From: Octopus bimaculoides
Lineage: Eukaryota
Reading direction: 5' to 3'
NCBI RefSeq assembly: GCF_001194135.2
Contig: NC_069005.1
Location: forward strand, 1,343,246 to 1,406,588
DNA: 63,343 nucleotides
Under the pieces are notes generated by a model, which made no database searches, was not told where the DNA came from, and worked only from the letters and a program-made list of their open reading frames with translations. Position numbers and translations under genes: made by a program. Each line of letters starts with the position of its first letter. The first letter of the stretch is position 1. Positions 14,500 to 28,499 of the stretch are shown here, piece after piece.

Positions 14500-15005
14500 G
14501 AGGCTTGAAATTCTTTTTGGTGGAGGGGGGGGCTAGTCAATTACATCGACCTCAGTACTCAACTGGTACCTATTTCATTGACCCAGAAAGGACGAATAGC
14601 AAAGTTGACACAAGCAGAGTTTGAACTCCACACGTGATGATGGACAAAATGTTGCTTAAGCATTTTTGGCTGACGTGCTCATAATTCTGCCAGTTCACCA
14701 CCTTATTTGCATTGCATAATAATGATGATAGGTTTACTGAAACATGTGTATGTTTTATAAAGCTTTAAATACCATATATGTTCCCTGGCAGTGAGCTGGT
14801 AGAATCGTTAGTGCATCAGGCAAAATGCTTAGCAGAATTTCATCTGTCTTTATGTTCTGAGTTCAAATTCCACCAAGTTCAACTTTACGATTCATCCCTT
14901 TCAGAGTTGGTTAAAGAAGTACCAGTCATATACTGGGGTTGTTATAATCAACTTACCCTTTCCTCCGAAATTGCAGGCCTTGTGTCAAAGCTTAAAACCA
15001 TTATT
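14500..15005. mobile_element. Divergent pair of SINE family 1 copies (minus about 14500-14705, plus about 14795-15005)
   Basis: Core motif is present in opposite orientations. Confidence 0.6.
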
Positions 15006-15289
15006 ACTATTTCTGTGTCTATGTGTGTGTGTATGTGTATGGTGATTTTCTTCCAGTTTCTGTGTACCAAATTCACTCACATATGTTGGTCAGCCTGGAG
15101 CCATAGTAGAAGATATTTGCCCAAGGTACCATACAGTGGAACTGTACCCTAAACCATATAGTAGGAAGCAAAACACGAAAAGTTAAATTCAACTTCAGCA
15201 GAATTTGAACTTAAAACCATAAGACTAGCAGATAACTGGACATCATTGCTAGCAATGAAGCTAGCATCTTCTGCTGGATGGATAATGTC

Positions 15290-15875
15290 AGTGTGCATGT
15301 GCGACAGAGTGTAAATGATTTAAGAGGAAAACTGGGAATAAGAGGCATCAGAAGTTGTGTGCAAGAGGGAAGAAGGCTGCGCTGCTTTGGTCATGTGATG
15401 TGTATGGCTGAAGGCAGCTGCATGAAGAAGTGCTGAGCTCTAGTTGTGGAAGGAACCTGTGGAAGGGGTAGACCCAGGAAGACGTGGGACGAAATAGTGA
15501 GAAAGGATCTTTGGACACTGGGCCTCGCTGAGAAAATGACAAGGGACCAGGATAAGTGGTGATTTGCTGTACTTGATAAGACGCGTCAAACTAAGTAAAA
15601 CTGCTGTCTTCCACACATACAGGCTGGTCCTTTACAGGTGCCGGTGCCACTTAAAAAGCACCCATGTCGGTACTGCATAGACACACCCATGCCAGTGGCA
15701 TGTAAGAAGCACTCAGTACGCTCTGCTAAGTGGTTGGCATTAGGAAGGGCATCGAGCTATAGAAACCATGTTACATCAGACAGTTGGGGGTCTGGACAGC
15801 TCCCTGCTAGCCAGCCCCATGTCAAACTGTCCAATCCATGCCAGCATGGAGAGTGGACATCAAACGATGATGATG
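15290..15875 (+). mobile_element. RTE-clade LINE 3' fragment with 3'UTR and (GAT)n tail
   Basis: LRGKLGIRGIRSCVQE..RRLRCFGHVMCM...VEGTCGRGRPRKTWDEIVRKDL with stops, followed by ggcattaggaagggcatc...ccatgccagcatgga...aaacgatgatgatg. Confidence 0.75.
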
Positions 15876-16871
15876 CTACTGTATCTAAGTTTAGGTCATT
15901 TCGTTAATATTTTGCTGCGTTTCTTTTTTTCCCCAGCTTCCCTTCCATTGAGTTCTTCATCTTTTACAGATGATTCCTGTAAAAATGTTAAGTGCCAGCC
16001 CCCCTCCCCTCCACCCCATCTCCAAGTTTGGAGAATATTGTTCTACAGGGTGACTCCCACATTTCCGTTTTTCAACTAAGTAGCTAAAAGACAAAAAAAC
16101 AAGTCGGTTGCCACCACCATAACCAGCACCACCGCCACCAACAGCAACAACACCACCAGTACTATTACATTACCACCACCACCACCACCACTACCACCAC
16201 CACCACCACCACTACCACCACNNNNNNNNNNNNNNNNNNNNNNNNNNNNNNNNNNNNNNNNNNNNNNNNNNNNNNNNNNNNNNNNNNNNNNNNNNNNNNN
16301 NNNNNNNNNNNNNNNNNNNNNNNNNNNNNNNNNNNNNNNNNNNNNNNNNNNNNNNNNNNNNNNNNNNNNNNNNNNNNNNNNNNNNNNNNNNNNNNNNNNN
16401 NNNNNNNNNNNNNNNNNNNNNNNNNNNNNNNNNNNNNNNNNNNNNNNNNNNNNNNNNNNNNNNNNNNNNNNNNNNNNNNNNNNNNNNNNNNNNNNNNNNN
16501 NNNNNNNNNNNNNNNNNNNNNNNNNNNNNNNNNNNNNNNNNNNNNNNNNNNNNNNNNNNNNNNNNNNNNNNNNNNNNNNNNNNNNNNNNNNNNNNNNNNN
16601 NNNNNNNNNNNNNNNNNNNNNNNNNNNNNNNNNNNNNNNNNNNNNNNNNNNNNNNNNNNNNNNNNNNNNNNNNNNNNNNNNNNNNNNNNNNNNNNNNNNN
16701 NNNNNNNNNNNNNNNNNNNNNNNNNNNNNNNNNNNNNNNNNNNNNNNNNNNNNNNNNNNNNNNNNNNNNNNNNNNNNNNNNNNNNNNNNNNNNNNNNNNN
16801 NNNNNNNNNNNNNNNNNNNNNNNNNNNNNNNNNNNNNNNNNNNNNNNNNNNNNNNNNNNNNNNNNNNNNNN

Positions 16872-16926
<55 letters not shown>

Positions 16927-18359
16927 TATATATATCAGAGGCGACTCGAGGTCATCAGCGTCACTCGGGCTCATCATAGATTTCGCCTCAGGCATGCCTA
17001 CTTGAAGAATTTCATGTTTTCCCACAATATATTTAGCTGCAAATGGCTTATTTCTTTTTATACTTAGCACTATGTTTTTCTCCATTTCTAACTTAAGGGT
17101 AAAAATAAATCAACCCTCCAAAAACGCAACTGATCCAAAACGCACAGAATAACACCAATCAAATAACGACAGTGGAGTGCACAACACACATCAGCAATCT
17201 GACTGTCACCTGTACTCTAGGTTTAATGTTAAAGTGTTGGCATCTAGATTAGGAAGAGTTTAGATGTTATTTCTATTGTAATTGTGTTGTTTAGCCCATG
17301 GTCAACTGTGATCCAGCAGATGTTGGATCAAAGCTGTTTCAGTTTTTGTCCATCCCATCCAACATTTGGATACATTGTATCCGAGGACCGATGTCTTCAT
17401 TCCTTACATAACATGTAAATATGTGATTTGTGGGGAAAGGATTTGGCTGCTATCTCTAGTAAGTCTAGTGACATCATTGTGGCTCCTCCATTGGCTTGGC
17501 AGTAAATGGTCTTGCGACTCTGGGCATGGCAGATTGCTAAGATTACATCAGTCATCAGCCTCAGAACTCATTCCGCTGCTATTTCACAGTTGAGTGGATG
17601 GCGCTTATTGGAAAGATACATCAAAACTTATGAAGACAACTGCTCCAATAGAAGCCATCTCGACCATGCAAGCAGCAAATAGAAAGAAGACACACTGCAT
17701 GCACTTATATATATATACATATATATATGTATAAATATACATATACATACACTGACATATTTAATAATTTATAAGTTATCAGTCAACAGCTTCCTTGCTA
17801 CATGGTTCACCCCTCCCTTCTACTGCTCATTGATAGCTAGTTGTCTCTTCTTTCTTTTCTTCTTTTTTTTTTTCCATCTGGAAAGAAAAAAAAGAAGTCT
17901 GCTGTGATTATTGTGTTGCCTTAGTTCCCACAGACTGAAGTGTGTCACAAGTCTTGCAGCTTCATCTCACTCCTTCACTGTCAACTTTCAGAACAATGGC
18001 CTACTGTGCCAATTTCAGTTCCGAGTCTGCTATTGTCTGCAGACATTTTCCCTATTATTTTACTCATGTCATTACGAAAACCTTAATGAAAACTTACTAT
18101 GTTTGACTAGTTCCGTCATAGTTTTTGAATAATTAGTGCCATAAACGACAAGTCTTGATTGTTTGTCTTGCGTGCCGTTGAAATTCTTTCCAACCATCAT
18201 TTGTCTTCGTTATTAGAAACGAAACAAACGAATACAAGTCGAGATTACTTTCACCGTCGAATATCAAATTCTCTGATTACGACTGAAGTTTGTAATGAAA
18301 AATAAAAACAATCTTGTCATATTTCATGATAATGATAATAATAATAATAATAATAATAA

Positions 18360-18570
18360 TTTCAAATTTTGGCACAAGGCCAGCAATTTGGGGGTAAGCG
18401 GGGAGAAAGTTGATTACATTGACCCTAGTGCTCAACTGGTGCTTATTTTATCAACCCCAAAAGGATGAAAGGCAAAGCCGGCCTCGATGGAATTTGAACT
18501 CAGAACGTAAAAATGTAAGATCATGAAGCATTTTGTCTGGTATGCTAATGATTTTGGCAGCTCACCATAT
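18360..18570 (-). mobile_element. SINE family 1, flanked by (TAA)n on both sides
   Basis: ggatgaaaggcaaag...gaatttgaactcagaac (reverse of core and B box), with (ATA)n at 18335-18360 and 18578-18612. Confidence 0.7.
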
Positions 18571-18580
18571 TTTGATGATG

Positions 18581-18612
<32 letters not shown>

Positions 18613-18949
18613 CCTTTCTATTATAGGCACAAGGCCTGAAATTTGGGGGAGGGGGATAATGTCTTCTACTATTATAACTCTGGGCTGACTGATGCCATGT
18701 GAGTGAATTTGGTAGATGGAAACTGAAAGAAGCCTGTTCATGCGTATTTGAGTGTGTGTCTTTGTATTTGTCCCTCACCACATCATAACTGGTGTTTGTT
18801 TGTTTACATTCCTGTAACTTGGTGGTTTGTCAAAATGAAACCAACAATGAAGACCAAGCTCAGAGTAATAAATCGATTCATTCAATGAGTGCCCCAGCAT
18901 GGCCACAATCCAATGGCTGAAATAAGTTAATGAATTCCTGTACATGTGA

Positions 18950-19160
18950 AGGCAGTGAGCTGGCAGGGTCGTTAGCACCCCGGGTGAAATGCTTACCAGT
19001 ATTTTGTCTGTCTTTATATTCAGAGTTCAAATTCCACCAAGGTCGACTTCGCCTTTCATCCTTTTGGGGTTGATAAATTAAGAACCAGTTGCGTACTGGG
19101 GTCGATCTAATTGGCTGGGCCCCTCCCCAATAATTTCAAGCCTTGTGCCTAGGGTAGGAA
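18950..19160 (+). mobile_element. SINE family 1
   Basis: gagctggcagggtcgttagc...gagttcaaattcc...cgcctttcatccttttggggttgataaattaagaaccag. Confidence 0.7.
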
Positions 19161-19230
19161 AAAATATTTGAACATGTGGTTACATGTAATTGTTTAGTTT
19201 CTACAGACACTTCTTTAGCAGATGCTACAC

Positions 19231-19270
<40 letters not shown>

Positions 19271-21806
19271 TCTAATTGATTGGTCAGTCTTTGTTGTTGG
19301 TAAATAAGATTTAAGTCTTAATTTCTAAGTCAAAACATGTGTTCTCCATTCTGAAGTAGGCAGCAAGGTGTTTATTGGTAGACATAAAAATATTAAAAAA
19401 ATGGTTAAGAGGATAATCTATTGGATTATTTACTCAAGGGATTGTAAATTCAAATCCTTACTGTTGGGAGTTTGGTCGTATTTTTGGAGAAGCTTCTTAA
19501 TTTTGTAAGAGAATTATTTTTCATAATATGTTTGTGTTTTCCTTATCCTGGTATCATATGATAGCTGTAAATGAGTGTCACTGTCATACATGCAGTGTCA
19601 TTCATTTATAATATTCTGCAGAGTTATGTCTGGCCATGGGGAAATGTTTCCTTGTTTGGAAACAGGTGAGAGTTGTCTGCAAGAAGGGCATCCAACTGTA
19701 GAAAATCTGCCTCGTTAAAACTCTATTTGACCTTTGCAAGCAAGGACAACTGGATGTCACAATGAGGAGGATGATGATGATGATGTTACTGTTTGAGCCA
19801 GTTTGCAGCAACCACATTATAGAAGCCTTCTCTGCCTCCTTGTTCTTCCTCCGCTTTCTTCTCAACATCAATATGCTATTCCCACTTGCCCTTATGTTCT
19901 AATCTATTAGGATCTGGAAAAGTTATGGGCTCTGTCCCTTAACCTCTTCTTCAGACTTCAAGTATTCAAACAACAACTTCCACTAACGAGGATTCAACAA
20001 TTATTTAATTGCTGTGTTTGGCTTTATCATGTTTTATTGGAGAATGTTGTTTTGAAAATAAACTCGAGAATCTGTGCTTCTTTCAAAGTGGGTGGTAACT
20101 CACCACTGTGGGGTGGGGTGGAAAAGTAGAGCATGTTATATGGGTACCGGAGACAACAGATGCATCTGTACGGCTTCTTCAGTTTATGTCTCATATTTAA
20201 ATATTGACTTAAAAAATAATTTAGATGTAATACTATTATAATAGATGTAATAATATTATTGCTTGTTAGCTACAATCACAACAACAACAAGAAAAATAAT
20301 AGGCTCTGAAATGTGAGAAAGTAAATAAACAAAACCGAATATATATGTTGGAATAGATTTTAGCATGGCAACAATTGACTGCACATGTCTTTACAAACTG
20401 CTTGGCCATTTGACCTGCTAGAAATAGCAACCAGATTACTAAATTATACCCTGCTATTGTAAAACTGGATGCTGGACAATGTAACCTTGACCCCTTTTGT
20501 TAGCATATTTTTGTTGAAGTGCTTTTGTTTCAGTTAATTTTGAAAGTAATGAAGAAATTAATAAGATGACGTTTTCAATATTAAACTGGTGTTTGAAAGG
20601 TAAATTAACAGGAAAATTCGATGGAAGGTTTTAATTTAGATTGCTTTTAAACAAGAAATTGATATTAGAGAACCAGGGACAGTCTCAGATACCAGGTTGA
20701 TTAAATACAGTAACAAGCTTTTTATTTTCCACTTAAGGTTTCATACTTGTTAAATATATTTTCAAAGTTTACATAAAAATAATTTTATCTTACGGTTCAA
20801 GAACTGTTATGGAAATTGTTTGTCTTGGAGTATTTTTGAGTAATACCTGAGTATTTTAGTTAGTTTGTGTGTATCTGTCTATTTGAATAAATAAATAAAA
20901 TAAGCAAAAAAAGGAGCTGTGTTATTGAAAACTTTGTAGGACATACACTTGTTTCAGTAAAAGTCCAAAATGATTACATAACAGTAGTAGAAACGTGAAA
21001 TCATGCATTTTACCTCATCAGTGTCCTGCAATAAATATTACAGCCAATGTCAGTGCTCCAAGTATATACACTTTTCCCCATTATGCAAATAATCGACAAC
21101 CTTGCTTAAGGTCACATAAAATAGCGAGCTGTTGCATTTTACTCTGTCCCATTTTAGTTATATCTATATATATATATATACAAACTTACGTGTGTGTGTG
21201 TGCTTTTGTGTCTGTGCTTGTCCCCTCACCATCGCTTGACAACTGATGTTGGTGTGTTTATGTCCCTGTAATGTAGGGGTTCAGTAAAAGAGACCGTTCA
21301 GCAAAGAATAAGCCCTGGGGTCGATTTCTTCGACTAAAACCCTTTAAGGCAGTGCTCCAGTATGGCCGCTGTCAAATGACTGAAACAAGTAAAAAAATAA
21401 AAGAAAATAATTATTGCATACCGTTTCTTTGATACAATACTCAGTACCTGGGTACATTTGGTCATATAAAATGTGTGTGTGCGTGTGATATCTTGTATGT
21501 GTGCACACACACACACACATATACCATTAAGACACCTGTTAGTATTGTGGAGCATATTAGCAAACAATTCAATTATCTTGAGTAAAAATCAATGACATAT
21601 ACACATCTAAATAATATATATATATATATATTTTATATATATATACACACTGTGTGCTACCTACACACATAGACACCCATAAAGCATTTATATATATTTT
21701 ATGTATACATATTTTTCAATATATATGTACAGACATATATATGTATTTGAAGATGTGTGAACAGCTGTTACATACATACATGTATACATACATGTATACA
21801 TACATT

Positions 21807-21865
<59 letters not shown>

Positions 21866-23044
21866 NNNNNNNNNNNNNNNNNNNNNNNNNNNNNNNNNNN
21901 NNNNNNNNNNNNNNNNNNNNNNNNNNNNNNNNNNNNNNNNNNNNNNNNNNNNNNNNNNNNNNNNNNNNNNNNNNNNNNNNNNNNNNNNNNNNNTTTTTTT
22001 TTTTTTTTTTTGTCAATTTTTGATGCTGTAAAGTTTATGTTAGAGAACAGCTGTCTGATGTCTTTGAAATTGGTCTGCTTGGAGACGTTAATGTACTTTG
22101 TTTTCAATGGAACCTGACAGTAAGTTCAAAGATAGAAAAGAAAATAGATTCATAAATCTTTCTTCTTCAATCTAACAATGAACGAGAACTTAAAAGTTGC
22201 AGATTTTGCATAATTTATGTTCTTTATTTTGGTTGCATAATATCCAAACAGAAAACAAGAAAAGGTAAAAACATTACTTGCAGAATTCAAAGTATAATGG
22301 GTGTTGGCATGGTCATGTGATTAAGAGGTGTTGCGTTGCAATCACATCATCCCTGGCTCAATCCCGCTGTTCGGTACTTAGAGAAAGCATTTTTGGCCAT
22401 AGACTTTTGTTGACCAATGCTTTATGATTGAAATTTCGTAGATGGAAATGTGTGTCAAATCTGTTATTTATTATTGGTATAAAACGTCAAACAAAAATAC
22501 CTTATGGTATTTACTGTATTTGATGGCCTATAAGACGCATGAGTGCATAGGATGCACCCTAGCCTAGGCTATACTTTTGTAAAATAAATTACCAATAAAA
22601 TAATGTTTTAATTCCTCCACTTTCCTGTATAACTTTATGTTATTACCATCGGTGAAACCTGCAGGAGATTGTGGTGGAAAGAAAAGGGAGACTTGCAAGT
22701 CATATTTTCCAACTGCCAGAATAACATGTGTACCGAAGACAGTTATTGAGTGGATACTACCTGAGGAATGAAGGTTGGATCCCTCAAGGTTGAAGTGAGG
22801 AGTGGAGGGTAGTTTGTGTTGATTTTTTTCTGTTGTTGTATGATTTGTGAAGTGACGTTTTCTAAACACGACCAGCTAACCTTAATATTATGGATATCAA
22901 AAAGTTTCTTGTATATATGGGTATTTGGGGAATGCTGTCTAATTAAGAATTGAATGCTTCTAGCTGTGTTTATAGAAATATCTAGAATGCATGAAGGATT
23001 GAACCAACTTATGTTTGTCCTTCTGATATTTTCCATTTCAGTAA

Positions 23045-23260
23045 GGTGGCATGCCAACAGAAATATTAGCATGATAGGCGAAATGCTTAGTAGTATTTCA
23101 TCCATTTTTATGTTCTGAGTTTAAATTCCTCCCAAGTCGACTTTGCCTTTCATCTTTTCGGGGTCAATCAAATAAGTACCAGATGCGCAATTGGGTCACT
23201 GCAATCAACTTACCAACCACCTCCAAAATTGCTGGCCTTGTGCCAAAATTTGAAACCAGT
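23045..23260 (+). mobile_element. SINE family 1
   Basis: Same head and core motifs. Confidence 0.65.
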
Positions 23261-24719
23261 ATTTCATGTTTCAGTGTACACTGGATTCTCACTAAAGCAT
23301 CTCCTCATTAGCAATTCATTACAATGGGATGTGACCCAGTTGAAGATTATCATTATGCCTTATTAAATTAGAGATTCTTCTGTAGTTACCTGTTACTTAA
23401 TTTCTAACTTCTTACTTCAAAGCCATATTTTTTCCCTCTTTATCGAGACATCTGATGTATTAGTATTAGACGTACAAATTTACACCAATGAAACTTCAAG
23501 TAATGTCGTACTGAGTCAAAATATTAATGCATACATACACCCCGTCCCCGATTGCACATATAGAAGATAAATAATTGTTTTTGAACAAGAAACTGCTGGG
23601 ATACGTGTTCTTAGCGGAGTTGAAAAGCCACTTCCTTATCACACTGCCACCATTGTAACTGCAGCAAATCAGTGATTGGTCCATTTTGAACTAACCAATG
23701 ATGCTTTGTTCACCAAATATGGTATACAAATGAATAAATAAATAAACGAGTAAATATTAGAAATACAAAGAAATAAGTTTTCCATTTGCGTCTTTCTTCC
23801 TCTGTCCGTCATAAATTGCCAATATTGATCGATGGAGAGGATTAAACATCTACCAGTAATGGATGTATTTGAAGTAACAGGACACACAGACGCACGCACA
23901 CACAGACGCACGCACACACAGACGCACGCACACACACACACTCGATTGATTGATGGATGGGTAGCTGGATATGACTTGAGTGTCATTGTTTGTCAACTGG
24001 TTGTATTGCATTTGAACAGGTGGAGATCATCTGGAATCTAGAGTAGAAGCAGGTCACATGACTCTCTCTGTAGCCATGTTGCTTTGTTTTCAACTCCCTC
24101 TCTTTCTTTCTTTCTTTCTTTCTCCTTGGCTTTGTCCGTTCCTTTCTCCTTATCTCTCTCTTTCTCCCTCAAGCTGACAGGAGAAACTAAGACAAACATT
24201 ATCAGGGGTCCCTTTGTTTAACTATCTATCTGAAAGGAGGGAGCAAGATCGGAGGTGGGTGGAGGGTGGGGGAATAGATGCCCAGAGTAGGGTGTGGGTG
24301 GGTGAGTGGGTGGGCAGGTAATGTCGACATCAATTGATATATCAGCTGTAGAAATATATTCAATTCTTTCAGTTGCAAGTAATTTTTTTTTTCTTACTAG
24401 AGTGTAAATTATAATAATACGAGGCATCTTCACTGGCACCATGTCTTCTGTAATAACTTTATGACATGCATTGCATTAAAATAATGATCTCTGTCTCCTG
24501 AATGTGATGAAGTCTTATAAATCTGATTAAATGTTTCAAGACAAATGTGTTTCTGTGGCGGCAAAGTGGAACATTTGTTTCTGTGATTTCCTCATTGCAT
24601 ATTCCCATGTTTGCTTGAGTTAATCCTCAAGTGTAGTTTTCCTTTGTATTGTTACAAAGACTACTGTTCTGTTAATATCTGTTTGCTGACTGTTTTACGT
24701 GGATCTGGTGTTCTCTCCT

Positions 24720-24825
24720 TACCTACCAGATACCTACCTACCTACCTACCTACCTACCCACCCACCTACCCACGCACCTACCTACCCATCCACCTACCCA
24801 CCCACCTACCTACCTACCCACCCCT
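24720..24825. repeat. Degenerate (CCTA)n/(CCCA)n tetranucleotide array
   Basis: acctacctacctacc...acccacctacc. Confidence 0.85.
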
Positions 24826-25854
24826 CTGTCTCCTCCATCAGTGTGTAGATCAAGAGCAACGACCTGCTAATGACATGGTATGAATAGACACATTATCAAT
24901 CACTTCTGATGTGTGTGTGTGTGTGTGTGTGTGTGTTGGCAACTCAATGTTGTTGTCATTAACATTATTGATCACACAGTCATGAGTTGAAACTTTAACC
25001 CGTCAGCATTCAAACTGGCCATATCCAGCCGAAATATTCTTCCTGTCTTATTTGATCACACAGTTGGATCCAGCCACTCATACCCACCCTACAATGTCCT
25101 TATAAAGATAAGAAATCACATCACCAAAATCTCAAACTTACAAGATAATGCATGATTAAATGAAAACAATGTGAACAAGAACACTCGGAGAGTGCAAACT
25201 TCCGCCATGGCAACACTAATGTCCTGTCAAGGATTAGCCAGAGATGATTTTTTAAAATGAGAATATCTGAAATAAACTCGACTGCTTTCATGAACGAGAA
25301 TACTAAAAATGAACCCGACTGCCCTCAAAAATTAAGTAAAAAAAAAACAGGAAAAATAATCTAGAATCCGTGTCCGGTTCCAGATCAATCCCAAAATCTA
25401 ATCAGTTCATGTCTGCCATGAGGCCAAGCATCCCTGAAAGTGTCATCCGAATCCATCCAGCGGTTCTTAGAGTGGTTCACATTAGGAAGGGCATCCAGCT
25501 GTAGAAACCATGCTAAAGCAGACACTGGAGCCTGATGCAGTCCTTGGAGCCACCACTTTTTGCCAAACCATCTGATGCATGTCAGCATGGAACATGGATG
25601 GTAAATGATGATGATACACGCATGCGCGCACATGCACCGTATTCATTTAATGGCATAAACACCACATGAGCATATTAGATGTACCCTAATTTCAGCAGTG
25701 CAGATTCAGGTGAAAAATTGTTTTTAGTCCCTTGAAACATATAATATGGGTCCAACTTGCATATGTGACCCCTAGGGGATGTATTGAGATGTGTTTTTGG
25801 GGAAAAAAGTGCATCTTATACACCGTGAAATACAGTATGTAATATATGAGATAG

Positions 25855-26049
25855 GTGCAGGCATGGCTGTGTGGTAAGGAGCTTACTTCCCAACCACATG
25901 GTTCCAGGTTCAGTCCCACTGCGTGACACCTTGAACAAGCATCTTCTACTATAACCTCAGGCCGACCAAAGCCTTGTGAGTGGATTTGGTAGACAGAAAC
26001 TGAAAGAAACCTGTGATATATATATATATATAAAGATATATCTATTTGG

Positions 26050-26080
<31 letters not shown>

Positions 26081-26250
26081 ATATATATATGTTTGTGCGT
26101 CTGTGTTTGTTCCTCTGACCATTGCTTGACAATCAATGTTGGTGTGTTTAGCAGTTCGGCAAAAGGGACCGATAGAATAAGCACCAGGCTTACAAAAAGT
26201 AAGTCCTGGGGTTGATTTTTTCGACTAAACAAGAATAAGAATAAAAGAAT
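25855..26250 (+). mobile_element. tRNA-derived CORE-type SINE family 2, near full length, with internal (TA)n/(TG)n
   Basis: ggcatggctgtgtggtaag...ggttcagtccc (A/B boxes), CORE-like accttg(g/a)(g/a)caag, ccaaagccttgtgagtggatttggtagac, 3' part cctggggttgatttttcgactaaa. Octopus tRNA-derived SINEs (OK/OR families) are known; subfamily not verified. Confidence 0.7.
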
Positions 26251-26258
26251 GTGTGTAT

Positions 26259-26292
<34 letters not shown>

Positions 26293-26729
26293 GTTATATT
26301 ATATTATTTTTTATTATGAAAATTGTAATTTATATTTTAATTTAAAACGAAAAATTAATGCCTTGGTTAAAAAATAGCGAATTGTATGGAATAATGAAGC
26401 AACACTGATCTGTGATGGGTTGATGTTGGCGTAAGGTCAGAAGTCCTGTAGCTTCTGATCTGGTTGTCTGACATTGTTCTGAAATGCTGTGTTTTTTTGC
26501 TAATTATTCGTTACTGTCAGTATTTTAAAGGTCAGCTAGCATCTAATATTGCTGAATAGGTAGGGTGAGTGTTTGGCTTTCACTCTCGGCTTCTTCTGTT
26601 TTATGGGTTATTTTGTGTTGTTTTTCAACTAGGCACCTATTAGCAGCCATCTTCGTTCTCTTGCCAGTTTCTGCGTGTGCACTTAAAACCAGACATTTTT
26701 ACTAAACCTTCTCTGTTTTACTTTTCCTT

Positions 26730-26763
26730 TTTTCCTCTGATAAATTTGTTTTAGAAGGTAAGT
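26730..26763 (+). other. Strong splice-signal cluster: pyrimidine tract, TAG, AAG, then GTAAGT (microexon, recursive site, or 5'UTR exon donor)
   Basis: cttttcctttttttcctctgataaatttgttttag AAG gtaagt, with a consensus donor at 26757/26758. Confidence 0.4.
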
Positions 26764-27103
26764 GTGTGCCTTTTTGCCAGTTGCTTTATCCATTTTCTTT
26801 GGGTATTTCGGAACAACAACTCCACTTCAAAAAAGGGAGAGAAAACAAAAAAAAGAAAAAGAAAAAAAAAGAACAGAATGAATGAAAGAAAGAAAGAAAA
26901 GAAAAGTCCCCTGCTAAAACTGTGGAATTATGGAATTATCGTTAAGATATTGCTAAACTATTATTGGTATTATTAAATCATTTAATTTTGGAGAAAATAA
27001 AATTTAAAAAATGAAAGAAAAGCAAAGAGGTTTGGGGAGTGTTTTTTGCTTGCGTATGATCTCTGTGTGGGTGGAAGAAACATTTAATGAAATATATAAA
27101 TCA

Positions 27104-27155
<52 letters not shown>

Positions 27156-27701
27156 TATACATATTCTCATACATGTATATTAATATATATATATATGTGT
27201 GTGTGTATAATGTAAATGTTTGCTTTTATGTCAAGTTACATGTGTATAAAAACATTTTAACATTAAACTTGAAGGATTACATATTTATTAACTTTGACAA
27301 GTGAAAAGNNNNNNNNNNNNNNNNNNNNNNNNNNNNNNNNNNNNNNNNNNNNNNNNNNNNNNNNNNNNNNNNNNNNNNNNNNNNNNNNNNNNNNNNNNNN
27401 NNNNNNNNNNNNNNNNNNNNNNNNNNNNNNNNNNNNNNNNNNNNNNNNNNNNNNNNNNNNNNNNNNNNNNNNNNNNNNNNNNNNNNNNNNNNNNNNNNNN
27501 NNNNNNNNNNNNNNNNNNNNNNNNNNNNNNNNNNNNNNNNNNNNNNNNNNNNNNNNNNNNNNNNNNNNNNNNNNNNNNNNNNNNNNNNNNNNNNNNNNNN
27601 NNNNNNNNNNNNNNNNNNNNNNNNNNNNNNNNNNNNNNNNNNNNNNNNNNNNNNNNNNNNNNNNNNNNNNNNNNNNNNNNNNNNNNNNNNNNNNNNNNNN
27701 N

Positions 27702-27746
<45 letters not shown>

Positions 27747-28499
27747 TATATATATATACGTATATATTTATGTGTGTATCTGTGTGTGTGTGTGTGTGTG
27801 TAGCCCTAAATTTTTCCCAAGCAAATAAATTTGTGCTCCACCCCTGCATCCCAGCATTTATTATTGTGTTTATCAGAGAACACACTACCACCTTTATATT
27901 TAATATTATTAATTTATTCACACGTGTCATTAATCAGATTTGTCGTTAATCACATGTTGATTTAGAATTAATTATTATGGATTTTAGTTGATCAATTTTT
28001 CAGTTTTCTACCATTTTTTTTTTTTTTTTTTTNNNNNNNNNNTTTTTTTTTTTTTTTGTTTCCATAATTCTTCTCTTGAAGACAACACTCTGTGAAATAT
28101 ATTCTTGGTGCCATGAAACAGCAACACTGCATTTACATTGTCTCTTGACCTGCTAGAAATAGCAGCCAAAAGTCTTTCATATCACATGCCACTTTTTTTT
28201 GTGTTTTTAGAAACTCTGGGAGATCCTATTGGATGTAAGCATAGGGTAGGGGTGGGGGATACAAATAGATAAAAAAAGGAGTGCCATGGTTGGAATGTCT
28301 TTGTTCATAGTTCCCCTGTCTGTCAGGGTTGGTTTGGAACTACCGTATTTTCTGGCCTACAAGTCAACATACTGTATGGGGTAGACATCTAGTGAAAACA
28401 TTCAAACGCCATTCCTCATATTTTCAATTCCTTCTGCATTTCACATGGAATTTCCAATCCTCTTTTAGGAATGAGAACCCAGTTTCGAAATTTCCCCAA

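Noticed and set aside
17019-17932. Su(H) paired site (SPS)
   Set aside because: The two sites are in the same orientation and about 900 bp apart. An SPS needs head-to-head sites about 15-17 bp apart.
22515-22560. pogo/Tigger-like terminal motifs (also near 25805-25838 and 28343)
   Set aside because: Too short and degenerate to pair into a defined element, and no transposase remnant.
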